A program made the translations under genes and the position numbers. DNA of 63,566 bases, filler included, from Reclinomonas americana ATCC 50394 (lineage: Eukaryota), in the NCBI GenBank assembly GCA_048213135.1. It is 9 parts of 9 records of this genome, joined end to end, with 100 filler letters (N's around TTAATTAATTAA, not from the genome) between each part and the next. Parts side by side here need not be neighbours in the genome. Positions count along the whole stretch, not along the records: positions 23,224 to 30,335 come from AFZH01021142.1; positions 30,436 to 43,878 come from AFZH01021144.1; 7 more parts are not named here. One strand, 5' to 3'. Below are positions 23,598 to 35,043 of this stretch, in pieces (position 1 is the first letter of the stretch; each line of letters begins with the position of its first letter). Under the pieces are notes generated by a model that made no database searches, was not told the DNA's origin, and saw only the letters and a list, made by a program, of their open reading frames with translations.

Positions 23598-26500
23598 CCG
23601 AGGTATACCCATCGGCATCCTGCGAGAACGTCCCGCTAAGCGGATCCACCGAGAGCACGCGCTGTAGTGGAGAAAGTGCGACAAACAGTGGCTCCGCGGT
23701 GTGTATGTCGAAGCAGTAGATCTGTGTGTGTGTGTGTGTGTATGTGTGTGTGTGTGTGTGTGCGTACAAATGAGTATCTCCTTCTCTTTCCTGCTGCGCT
23801 CCACGGAAGAGAACGCAACGACCACGGCGGCCAGTGACATGGCAGTGGGGTACTCGATGTTGATGTCGACTGTGAGATCGCGCGTCTTGATCATGTACAC
23901 TTCGGGTTCGTGGACCTGCTGGCAGCAGTGAGAGTGACATGTGTAGAGCGTGAATCATAACGGTGGCCTACACACATCGTCGGCGGTGGGCTGGCGGAGG
24001 TAATCGCCGGTCGCCAGCGGCAGCCAACTGACGCACAGCTGGCGCCGATTGGGGTGCGGTGGCAGCTTGACCTCGATGGTGTACTTGCGCTGCTTGACGA
24101 CGAGGCGCGGGGCGCGGTCGCGCACCTGCCAGCCAGATTGATGAGAGGGAGGGAGGGAGATGGATCGCAATCTCTCACAACGCAACCGAGATGCCGCAGC
24201 CCATGCGCAGCTCGCGCAGGCAGCGGGATTCCGCGTCGGTGTCGGTCTGCAGATCCTCGACGTGGAACTGATGGTGGTCGCGGTAGTGGAGGCACACAAT
24301 GTCGGTGAGAATGCTCAGTGTTTCCTCCTGGTCGAGGCAAGGTCAGTAAACGAAGAGATTATTATCCAAGAGTGGGAGGAAGAGGTTTTTCTGTTTTGCA
24401 GCGGTGAGTTCTCTCACCTGTCGCTCTGCTCTCGTTCTGACGGATTTGGAGAGATCGCGTCGCTGCAGTTGCAGGTTGGCCAGCTGCGTTGTCGGTGAGT
24501 GACTTACTTCCGTCACACTCATGCCAACTCATTATTCACCTCCATGCGCTGGGCACAGACGTGCTTGACGTGTCCACGGAGGCCCTCCTCTGTGTTCTGC
24601 AGCATGGCGTAGAGGCGTGTGTCAACTGCGGCGCGGATAGAGTGCAGCTGTGTGCGGCGCAGCGTCAGAACGAGATTGTAGAGAAGCAGGGGGAAAGCTG
24701 TGCGCAACTGTCTCGTCGTTTCCGCGATGCACTTGCATCGCATCGAGGCGCTCGACGAATGCCGCCGCTGTGTGTCGCGTCAGCGGTGAGAACGGTGAGG
24801 GGCGTGCGGAAACAATTGTTACTGACCGACGCGAGCTGACAGTTGAGTTGCCGATGGTACCAACTGCGGAAGCAGCAGGAGTGAGGTGAGTGTGATTGAA
24901 GGAAGGGTGTTCTGTCACTTCCTGCCACCTCAGTCTTCTGTCGCCATCTCTCTCTCTCTCTCTCGTTCACTCGAAGGAAAAGAGGAGCATTCTGCCACGA
25001 GAGAGCAGGAAAGAGAGAGAACGAGATAAACAGTAGCAGCAAGAGATAACTGTAGCAACTCGAATCTCAAAGCCTATCCCGTCTCTCTTTTGCTTTTTAA
25101 CTGTTTCTACTCTCATTTTCCTTGTTATCGCCATCACATTTCACTTTTCCGTCAATTTGCTAGCTTCTCAATCCCAGTATCTCGCGCATTGTTTTTTTCT
25201 CGCTCTCCCTGTCCGTTCTTTCCCCCTTCCACTCTCCCCAGGGAATGCTTCAGCTGTCTTACAGTCACTCTTGGTACTTCAACTTAATGTCCCTCTTTTC
25301 TCTTTCTATCACTCAGTGTCCTCGTTTTCTTTCATGCCTTGCAGTCCACCACTCTATCTCGACGTCTTCAATTCTCGAGCACTGCCATCTTTCTGTCAGC
25401 CCTCTCTCTCACTTTCTCCCTTTCGTTCTCCTTGTCTCCACCCCCATATCTCTCCCGACTGTCAAGACATGCCACAATGCGTGCACGTGCCGCCTTTGTT
25501 TATGGCGATCTCCTCTTTGGCATTCTTCCTCCATCTCCTTCTTCTCTCAACGTGGACGCACTCCCACATCCTCATCACTCCGATCGCACTTATCTCACTC
25601 TAGTTTCTCTTTCTTCTGCTTCCGTCATGCTTCCAACTTACAGGGCACGCCCACATGTCGTTTCCCTCTCCTTTCCCTCTCCTTGTAGTCCCTCTCTCTC
25701 ATCCCCTCTCTTGCTCTCCGTCTCCCCTCTCCTCCTTTTCTCTCACCCTGTATTCCCTCTCTTTACTTCGCTCTCTTCCCCCTTTCCCTTTTCCTTGCTT
25801 TCCCTCCTCTCTCTCTCTCTTCCCCCTGTCTCTCTTACCCCACTCTCTCTTCTTTGTCAGTCCCTTTCCTGCCTCTCCCTGTCCTTTTTCTCCTCCCCTC
25901 TCCCCTCCATCCCTTTCCCTTTCACCCCCTTCCCCCTTCCCCCTTTCTCCCCCTTCCCCTCCCTAGCACTCACTTTGTACAACCCCTCCTCCTCCCTCAC
26001 GATCCTCGTGTGCCTCGTGCAGTTGCCCCTTCCCAGAACCCTGGTCAGCCTGGACCTTACGTCACCACGAACACTGACTGGCTTCGAACGCAGCGTGCGA
26101 TTGGTGACAGCCTGCCGGGGAACAGAGCAAGGTAAGCATGCATACACCTTTCGAGAAATGCTGATCAGCCACGCACCATGTCACTCCACTCCTCGTCCTC
26201 CTCCTCCTCATCTTCCTCCTCTTCCTCCTCCCCCTCATCATCACCATCACCGTCCTTTTCGTCACGCAGAGGAGGCATGCTGATCTGCTGTCGATTGCGC
26301 CGGCGAGTGCGGGGCGCATCGGTGTCGACGGTCGTGCTGCTAAATGCCGCTGCCTGCGTGAACGTCACCGACGACTGCGACGGGCACAAGTCGTCGCCAT
26401 CCTCCTCCTCCTCCTCCACCGCCTCCACCTTGCCCTCCTCATCGTCGGACAGCGGCAGACTGATGGAGAGCATGGTGGCCGCCGCCTCGTGCATGGCCGA

Positions 26501-28770
26501 ATCGCTGCGCCGACCGACGGCCTTCATGTCCACGTCGGACTCGTCCGACTCGAGCAGCGCCGCCAGCGACGATCGACTGCGCATCAGCCGCTGGTGCGGC
26601 GTCGACGGTCCGTGCTCCTCACCCCCAGTGCATATCGCCACCGATGCCGCGCGTGGCGGCTGCTGCGCGCGAGTGCTGACCAGTGGTGCCTCGTACTCGG
26701 CGTCGCTCTCCACCATCGACTCGACAGTCGACGTGGCACGCATCGACGACGAGCAGGCGCTTCCTGTGGCGGCGACAGGTAAGCAACAAAATACTCGCTC
26801 GACAAGGAAATAGAGAGACGTGTCGCAACTCGTTGTCTGCTGCTCGTCGAGCTCATGATGCGCTCCACCTTCCACACAGAGCGGCATGAAGTCGAGTGTC
26901 TCTGTCAGGTGCAACGAGCGTCCCAGAGCTCCACCGACAAGGACACGATAGTCGTCGCCAATAGCAGCAGCAGCAGCAGCACTGGCAGCAACTTCGGCGC
27001 CCATGGCATCATCGTCAAAGGTGTCGTCGTCGTCCGGCGCCGGCATCACAGGACCAGGCGATTCCTCCAGCGCAGCTGCTACATGCGGCAAAAGAGTAAG
27101 ACACATGCAGCACGCAAGAGTGCATTGATTAACCAGTTCATGTGACGCGCAACTCGATGTCCACAGTTCGTCCAATTGCCAGTTGCACACCGTCATTGGC
27201 TGCTGCGAGACACCTGACGGGAGCGGGATATTGAGTTGACTGCCGGTATCGTGATGCAGCGGCGATATCTCAGAGCCGTTGGAGAAGTCCAACCGACTGT
27301 TTTGGAGAGACGGATGCGGGTGTGAGTTACTGTTTTGAGCGGCAGAAGAGAAGAGGACTTACCGACAGCGTCGCTTGTGCACTGGGTCGTCGTCGACGTC
27401 GTCGTCGTCCATTAGCGGACGGCTGCGCCTTCGAGTCACTGCAATGCAGGTAGTGTGAGACCGAGAAACCGGCACTTCAATTGGGGCCATGGATGTTCCA
27501 CCTGAAAGTCCGAACGGCGAAATCGAGCTTGTAGCAACTGGCGCCGCGCGTGTGCGGAGCAGCACGGGTGATATCACCGACGACGATGATGGGAACGCGA
27601 GGCTGCAAGAGAAGAATATGCAGGGATGAGGTGTGTCTCGACCAAAGTGCCAAATGGGGATACGAGAAAAAAACTCGACATGGAATACTAACCGCGGCTG
27701 CAGTGGTGGTGATTGAAGTGCAGCAGTGGAGATGCTCGTGGAGGAGTTGCGGCGGAAGACGGGCGGAGAGGCGACGGGTCGACGAAGTTGAGATTCGCCG
27801 AAATCGGCGCGCGCCAGCGCGTACGCCAACTCCGCTGCAGCAGCCTCGGCTGTTGGGGTGGTGATCTCCTGGCGAGGGCACACAGACAGAGAGAGATTGC
27901 AGGGAGTTGACAAACAGAGGGGACGTAGGTGGAGAGTGGAGATCAGATTACAGGCGTACGAGTGAGTGAAAGTGTGGTGGAGAGGTGTACAGTTGGGCGC
28001 AGCAGTATCATTGTTGGCGTACCTCGGAGTGCATGATGATATTGCAGTCGAAGGCAGTGGTCCACACGAATTGCAAGTAGCAAAAAAGAAACAAGTCGGC
28101 TCTTCTTTGCCTTTTTCTTGTATGCAGACTGTCTGCTCTCCCACAGCAGACACAGAAAAAAGTAGTGAGAGAACGGAGTGATAAATATCCGAACGTCAAT
28201 TCCGTCTTGTTGCGGCTTTCCCTCTTGGCTCGTGCGGAAGACACGCTGCATGAGAGCGCCAGAAACCGAGAGCATCCTGGCACTGGTGCACGCCTCGCGC
28301 ACCACCGGTATTCTCTCTCCGACCGGAGAGGCGATTGGATAAGCGAGAGAACGATCCAACAAACGCCATGCGGAGTGAAATCAAAATGTTTGAACGGAAT
28401 CACAGTCTCGGGCCGGCTTGTTTGGCACATACACGCATGATTGACTGACATGCACATGTAGTTGACACTCGTGCAGGGTCGGGCACTGCGAGCTGTTCAT
28501 GCCGACCAGAGAGAGTGAGAGGCTGTCTGAAACTGCCAGTTCTAGAAGAAACAGAGAGGCGGCCATCAAGCGCACTCGTACTCAGACATTGCATGGTCGC
28601 AAAACAGCCACACTGGGGGTGCAAACGAGGACGGTGGTCGGTCAGTGCAGCAACGACTGGACTTGATCCGGACTTGCCGCCGAGAGCAGACATACCGATT
28701 GTTCTTTCTCTCGGCATCTCTGCCAAATCCGGCTTGGCGCCTCTGGCGCCTCTCTCCGGCACACCGTGAT
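23598..28770 (-). CDS. Hypothetical multi-exon protein: long disordered/acidic N-part, coiled coil, possible RWD-like C-part
   Basis: GC-rich exon-like blocks with splice sites, e.g. ~27690-27868, the acidic block ~26180-27070, 24187-24327 (EETLSIL..GCGIS), VRDRAPRLVVKQRKYTIEVKL and DLTVDINIEYPT. Both ends are uncertain. Confidence 0.5.
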
Positions 28771-30536
28771 GCCAAGAAAACGCGACACTCGGCAGGGGCA
28801 TGGAGGCGAGAAAACACGCAGTCTGCAAGTCCGGATTTGCAATGCCTTCATCACGATAACATCGAAACAACAACTTTACTAATCCAAACAGCAGCAGCTG
28901 CATGATGATCGCCATCTTGAGTGAGCACCAGAAACTCAGACATCACGTGAACACTGAGAGAAAGTCGAGATTATTCTGGAGGCGAAGCTGACATCGCCGG
29001 GTAACCTGCGACAGTTGTGGAGTCTGCCGGTGCTGTGTACGGAGCCACGACCGCACGCCTGACGTGGGAGCGATCGTAAGTCGTCTATGGTGAACGCAAC
29101 TGTCGAAATCAGTGTTGTGAGATTCCGAGAAACTCTTGTGCAGACACATGAGCTCCCGAATCGAGCGGAAGTCGAACTCCGCTGCCATGCTGCTGGACCC
29201 GAAGTGCATCGCTTCTCGCCAACAGGTTGCGAGAAACTATTAGCATTTGGATGACTGCCTCCGTCGTTATACAGAAAAGTCTCCATCTGTCACTCCTCTC
29301 ACAGTGGTGCCACTAGCCAGCCGAGATACCAACAATGATGCCGCCGAACCTCACTCGACGACACTCAACCGAATGGCCATCCACAGCACCAAATACGACT
29401 TTGTTTGACTTTATTTTACATGCCCTTTCTATTAACTACTATCTAGACTCTACCTTCACAATAATAGAACGAATGCGCGGCACTGGCAACGACGTGCCAG
29501 CGCGGCATAGGAAAATAACCACACGCTGAAAGCGATACCCAAAACCATACACGGGTGACCAGCACCGGGCGTGTGTGCACCAAACAACTCGCTGGTCACC
29601 ACAGCCCATACGTGCTCCCGCACCCGACAGACACAACAGCTGCAAGCGGGCCCACAGTACCCGCCAGCACTACAAACGCAATATATAGATATAGCACACA
29701 ATACCAAACCCTTGCCACCGTAGCAAGGCACACAAACTCCAAGGAGCTACAACCCTCGCGCAATTGCCCACCAGCAACGAACACAGCGCGGAAATCCACC
29801 AAGTGACGCACACACGCCCTTCCACATGCATAAAACTGCATGCTCTACAAAACCGAAGAAAGGCAAACCAGGCATCACCAATGCATGCTCGAGGAACCCT
29901 TCATCCCGCCCTCAAAAAGCAAATAACAAGAAAACACCAAAGGTAATGACCAACACTGGCCCACCCAGCAATCGCGAGACCCGTGCCACAGACGAGCCAC
30001 TCGCCACAAACAACTGACCGTCCGAGGTGACAACAACAGAGCACACTGTGGCGGAGGTCGGGACAAACCCTTCCAACCTCACCTCCCAGCCAGCGACGAG
30101 TGATGCGCTCCACAACAGGAACGAGGAGGACAAAACCCAGTGGGAAAAAGTACCTCCGGAAGGGACCACTCGCGCCCAAGGCTGCTGACTCGTGCACCAC
30201 AAGCACCGAGACAGACCAACAGTGTGAAAACAAGCCATGCACTAATGTCACCAGTATGAAAGCAGACTCCAACCAAACGAGTCCGCCAGAGTACACGACG
30301 GTCCAAACCAGTGGCGCCGGCGAGGCTGGGAAGAGNNNNNNNNNNNNNNNNNNNNNNNNNNNNNNNNNNNNNNNNNNNNTTAATTAATTAANNNNNNNNN
30401 NNNNNNNNNNNNNNNNNNNNNNNNNNNNNNNNNNNGCTCCCTGTCGCTGTTGCTCTGCCTCTTTCTTTCCTCCTCTTTCCCTCCACTCTCCCCCTTTTCC
30501 CCCTTGCTCACCATGTCTTCCCTTTTCCCCACCACA

Positions 30537-32478
30537 GTGCGGACTCGGACTGCGACGTGGTGGTACTGGCCTTCTCAGCCGTGAACACCGACTCGCTGGT
30601 TGACGATCGCGCACAAGCCTTTCGGCAGCTGCGCGGCACGGAGGGCTCCGCCATGCGCCCACTGCCAATCGTGTCGGCGTTGATCTTTGACGGCTTGTCG
30701 GAGGATGTGTGCGCGGTGTTTGAAGCGTCGGAGCGCACGCGGCAAGAGATTCAGACGGCTCTCGACCGCGTATGTCCGCGCAGCGGTGAGTTTCTCTCCC
30801 GTCCCTCCCCTCCCATTACCCTCTGCTCACCCTCCTCCACAGACCACTGGCGCTCGCACTTTGTGGACCCCACGCCCGTGGTGGTGCCCATGTGCGCCGA
30901 CTCGCAAGCCGCACCGACCCGCACGCACTCACGGGCCATTCTGCGTCTCCTGCAGCAGTGCGCCAAGTACGCGCTGCGACCGAGTGCGCCTGTGGCCGTG
31001 GCCGCTGCCGCCGCCTCCTCTGCCTCGTTGCGACATCGCCGACAGCGTGGAGCAGCCGCAGCCGCTGCCGGCGGCGGCACTGGCAGCAGTACCGCCAGTC
31101 ACAGCGGCGGCAGCAGTGCCGGCAGCAGCAGTCGCCACGGCTCCATCTCCGCTCCGGCCAGCTCATCGACCGCGCAACAGCAACGACAACGGGCAGTGGT
31201 CAAGGCTTCGCGGGCGGCGGCCGCCACGATGGCCGTGCCGCGCAGTTTGCCGGCCTCGGTGGCCTCGAGCAGCACCACCTCGCAGAATCCCTCCACACCC
31301 GCGTGGGTGTCGCGGCCCTCGGCCTTTGACCAGTACGGCCGGCCAGTGGAGCTGTCGACCGTGGCCTTGCATCTGTGGTGCGTGGCGGAGGAGGACCACT
31401 GCCTGCGCTCAGCGCTGCTGTCGCTGCGTCGCTTCTGCGTGGCGCAGAGCTGGCGCATGTCGGCCATGAAGCGCACGAGTCCAGCCGTAGCCGTGTGGGC
31501 CCACGTGCACACGGCCGCCGAACTGCGCGAGGGTCCCTCTGACATTCCCGTGCGCTTCCCCATCAACTCGCGCCACATTCTGTGCGCGGAGCGCGGCGGC
31601 GCACGCTGCTTGCTGCTCGGCGCCGACGGACTCTTCACCGGTCTCGTCAACCACTATCTCCTCCACTCGCCCGTCTTTCTCTACGTCCGCGTGGCCGATG
31701 GCGGTGGTGCCGCATCGGCGGCGGCATCGGCATCTGATGACGCGCCACGACAGCCGCCGGCAGTGGAGCTCGACTGGACGCCGCTCGGTCGGTTGGTGAC
31801 CACTGCCGGCGAGGAGGGCACCGAGGCCGAGCTGAACGCCGCCAACCGATTCTGGAGTCGAGTGGTGGTCGACACGCTGCCGCAGTTGGCGAGCGGCGGT
31901 GGAAGTAGTGAGCAGGTTGCCGAGGAGGATGATCGGGAGTGCAAGTGAAGGGTGGAAATTTGAGCAGAGGGTCAGAGGGGCGCCAAGTGGATGCTTCTTG
32001 CCAGATACCACTGATGGAGAGTTGCCAGTTGCTCACCAGGGTGGTATGTTGCCTGCTTGTTCATGTGTCGAGCACGGCGGCGTTTCCTACTGCAAATTGG
32101 CCGACTTGGAAGGCATGTTCAGAGGCGTGGAGGCAACTGTCTGCATGGAGAGGTGAAAGCCTTGTCAGCAGGCCGCCTGCCGACATTGACGTCGCTGTAT
32201 TGAGGCAACTGCCTGCTTCTTTGCTTATTCGTGACACAACGGTGGAAGCCCTGTCTTGGCCACAAGATCAGCTTCTTGCCTGTTTGCAGTCATCTCTGCC
32301 CCTATTTGGAGGCCTTTGTTTCCCTCTTTGCGTAGTCGTGACACAAGAGTGGAAGCCTTATCTGCACTCCTGGTGGGAACATGAGCAGCTTCTTGACTGC
32401 CTGCTAAGTCCGATATCAACTTCGAAGCCTCTCTGCCACTATTTGCAGGCAATTGCTTCCCTCTTTGCACAACAATGA
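30537..32478 (+). CDS. Hypothetical protein (5' partial)
   Basis: Long GC-rich ORF 30557-31948 with one likely internal intron (~30786-30842) and a downstream ORF ending at 32478. No family recognised and the 3' exon structure is uncertain. Confidence 0.5.
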
Positions 32479-32601
32479 TGCCAGTGTGTCTTGACCATTC
32501 AGAGAGCTCCTTCCCTGCACACGAGGAACGTCACACTCGAGAGACAAGTGTCCTTCTCCTCGCGTCCTGCTCCACTCATTCACAAGTGTCTCTGAGGGAG
32601 A

Positions 32602-34984
32602 ATGGGCAAGGTCGCTGCAGTGAGTGTGTGTTGTGTGAGTGGCTTTCTGCTGAGAGTGTCTCTGTGGATGTTCCTCGGCGGATATGACACGTGTCGCGAG
32701 TGGTTTGGAAGGAGCTTTGTGCTCTCCAGTGCATTTGTGGAGAGTGAAAGACGTGAGTTGAGGGAGGAGAGGAGAGAGAGAGAGAGAGAGAGTGAGGAGG
32801 GGAGGGGGAGAGAGGAGAAGAGACTTGTCTGTGTTTGCATGCATGCATTGTGATCAATCAATCACCTTTTCTCTTGTCTACGCTTCTCTCCCCCTTCTCT
32901 TCCCTTCGTCTTCCCCTTCTTTTCCCCTTCTCTTCCCCGTTCTCTGCTCCGTCTCTCCCTCATCTTCCCCCTTGCTCTTCCCCCTCTCTCTCCCCTTCTC
33001 TTCCCCCTTCTCTCCCTCCTTCTCTCCCTCCTTCTCTCCCCTTCTCTCCCCCTTCTCCTCCCCCTTCTCTTCCCCCTTCTCTTCCCCCTTCTCCTATCCC
33101 CCTTCCCCCTCATCCTTCTCATTCCCTCCTCCCTTCACAGTCATCGAGGCCTCCGACATGGTTCTCCGCCACGAATCACCATACTCCGCGGCCTTCTTCC
33201 ACGGTCCTCCACTGCTGCTGCACGCGTACACCACCGTTCGGCAGCTGCTGCCCAACGCCGAGTTGGCCTTCCTTCTCATCTACTCGCTGCTCGATGCGCT
33301 CGGCGCGTGGTCCATTGCCTCTGCCGTGGCGTCGGTGCTTCGCCGGTGCGACAAGGAGGAGGAGTTGCATGAGGACAGGCTCAAGAAGCACCGTCAAGTC
33401 GCGGTGTTGGCTGCTGCATGGTGGGTGGAGCAGGGCGATCTCGGTTCTCTTGCTTGTCCTTCTCTACTCCTCTCGCGCTCCATCATTCACCGTCTGCTGC
33501 TCTTCTCATCATCTCCATTTGTTGTTGTACACCCCTTCCCCCTCACTCCTCTCCTTCGTCATTACTTCGTCTAATGCTCTTCGTTCCTCTTCGTTCATTG
33601 CCTTGTGAATGTGATACAAAGAAATCAAAGAGACGATCGTCGAGCAGAGCATGCGAACAGAAGATTGAGGCCGGAGGAAGGAAGAGCGACAAGAACGAGC
33701 AAAGAAAATATTCTTCAAGCTCACAGATCTCCCCCTTTCCCCCCTCCCCTTATCTGTCCATCCCTGCTCCTTTATGTTCTTTCCGCCTGCTCTGCCACTG
33801 GCTGTTTTCTCGAATCACATCAATCTCCTCTCCTTCTTTCTCCTCTCTCTGCTCCCCTCTTTTCACCCCTTTTCCCCCTCCCCCTCCCTTCCCCTTACCT
33901 TCCCCTTCCCTTCCCTGCTCCCTTATGTTCTTTCCGCCTGCTCTTCCACTGACTGTTTTCTCGAATCTCATCAATCTCCTCTCCTTCTTTCTCCTCTCTC
34001 TGCTCCCCTCTTTTTCCCCGTTCCCCCTCCCCCTCCCTTCCTCTTACCTTCCCCTTCCCTTCCCCATCTCCTTTCCCTTTCTTCCCTTCTGCCTTTTCCT
34101 CACCCTTTGCCTTTTCATCCCCCTCGCGCAGCTACGCTCTCAACCCCGTGACCATCCTCTCCACCCTCTCCCTCTCCTCCACCACCCTCCACGTCTCGCT
34201 GACGGCCGCCGCTCTGGCCGTGTCACTGCGCGGCGCCCTTCACTTGGGTGCCGCACTGCTCGCCACGGCCGCCTATTTCGGCCTGTATCCCGCGCTGCTG
34301 CTGCCGGCGCTGCTCCTGCTAGTGCCGACGTCGGCCTCGTGGTGTGCCACTCTGTCGCGCCGCCTGTCGACTACCGTGTGCTTTGCGTCGACGCTGACGG
34401 CGTTGCTGGCGTGGAGCTGGATCATCACCGGCGGCTCGTGGGACTTTGTGCACAACACGTACCTGGCGCAGGTCGCGGTGGACGAGTTTGCGCCCAACGC
34501 CGGCGTCATGTGGTACGCCTACTCGGAGATTTTTGCGCCGTTCCGCCCCTGGTTCCACTTTTTCATGGCCGTGCACCCGGCCATTTACGTGCTGCCATTG
34601 TGTGTGGCCTTTGCGCACGATGGACCGTTTGTGTTCCTCGTGCAGTGGCTGCTGCTGGCCGTGCTGCGCACGGTGCCGAGTGACGTGGAGCTGCTGTCGG
34701 CGTTGATCCTGGTGTTGGGCTTCCCTGAGCTGCTGCGCAAGAATCGCGGCTGGTGGATCTTTATCGTGATCGGAAATGCCATTCGTGTGTGCATTGCGCC
34801 GGCACTGCACACTGGCTGGTTGCATCACGAGACCGGCAACGTCAACTTTCCGTTCAAGGCCAATGTGGTGCTCGGCCTCATGCACATCATGTCGCTGGCA
34901 CTGCTGTTGCGCGCCAAATTGGGTGTGCGAGACGAACAGGAGGAGGCGGTGGAGGGGGAAAGAGGGGAAGAAGGGGAAAGGTAA
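32602..34984 (+). CDS. PIGU: GPI transamidase subunit PIG-U/Gab1
   Basis: Three exons give RLIEASDMVLRHESPYSAAFFHGPPLLL, CYALNPVTILS, AAYFGLYPALLL, PNAGVMWYAYSEIFAPFRPWF and WLHHETGNVNF. Multi-TM hydrophobicity. Confidence 0.88.
33760..34070. repeat. ~150-bp tandem duplication in PIG-U intron 2
   Basis: CCCTGCTCC.TTATGTTCTTTCCGCCTGCTCT..CTCGAATC.CATCAATCTCCTC at ~33762 and ~33913. Confidence 0.8.
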
Positions 34985-35043
34985 TGCCAAGTAAACAATT
35001 CATTTTCGTTTAAAGAGATAATACACGGACTGCACACACGTAA

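Noticed and set aside
25090..26000. Long Leu/Ser/Pro/Phe-rich ORFs (also near 32.8-34.1, 41.9-42.5, 45.9-46.6 and 51.5-51.9 kb)
   Set aside because: Translations of CT-rich intronic low-complexity sequence that lacks stop codons by composition.
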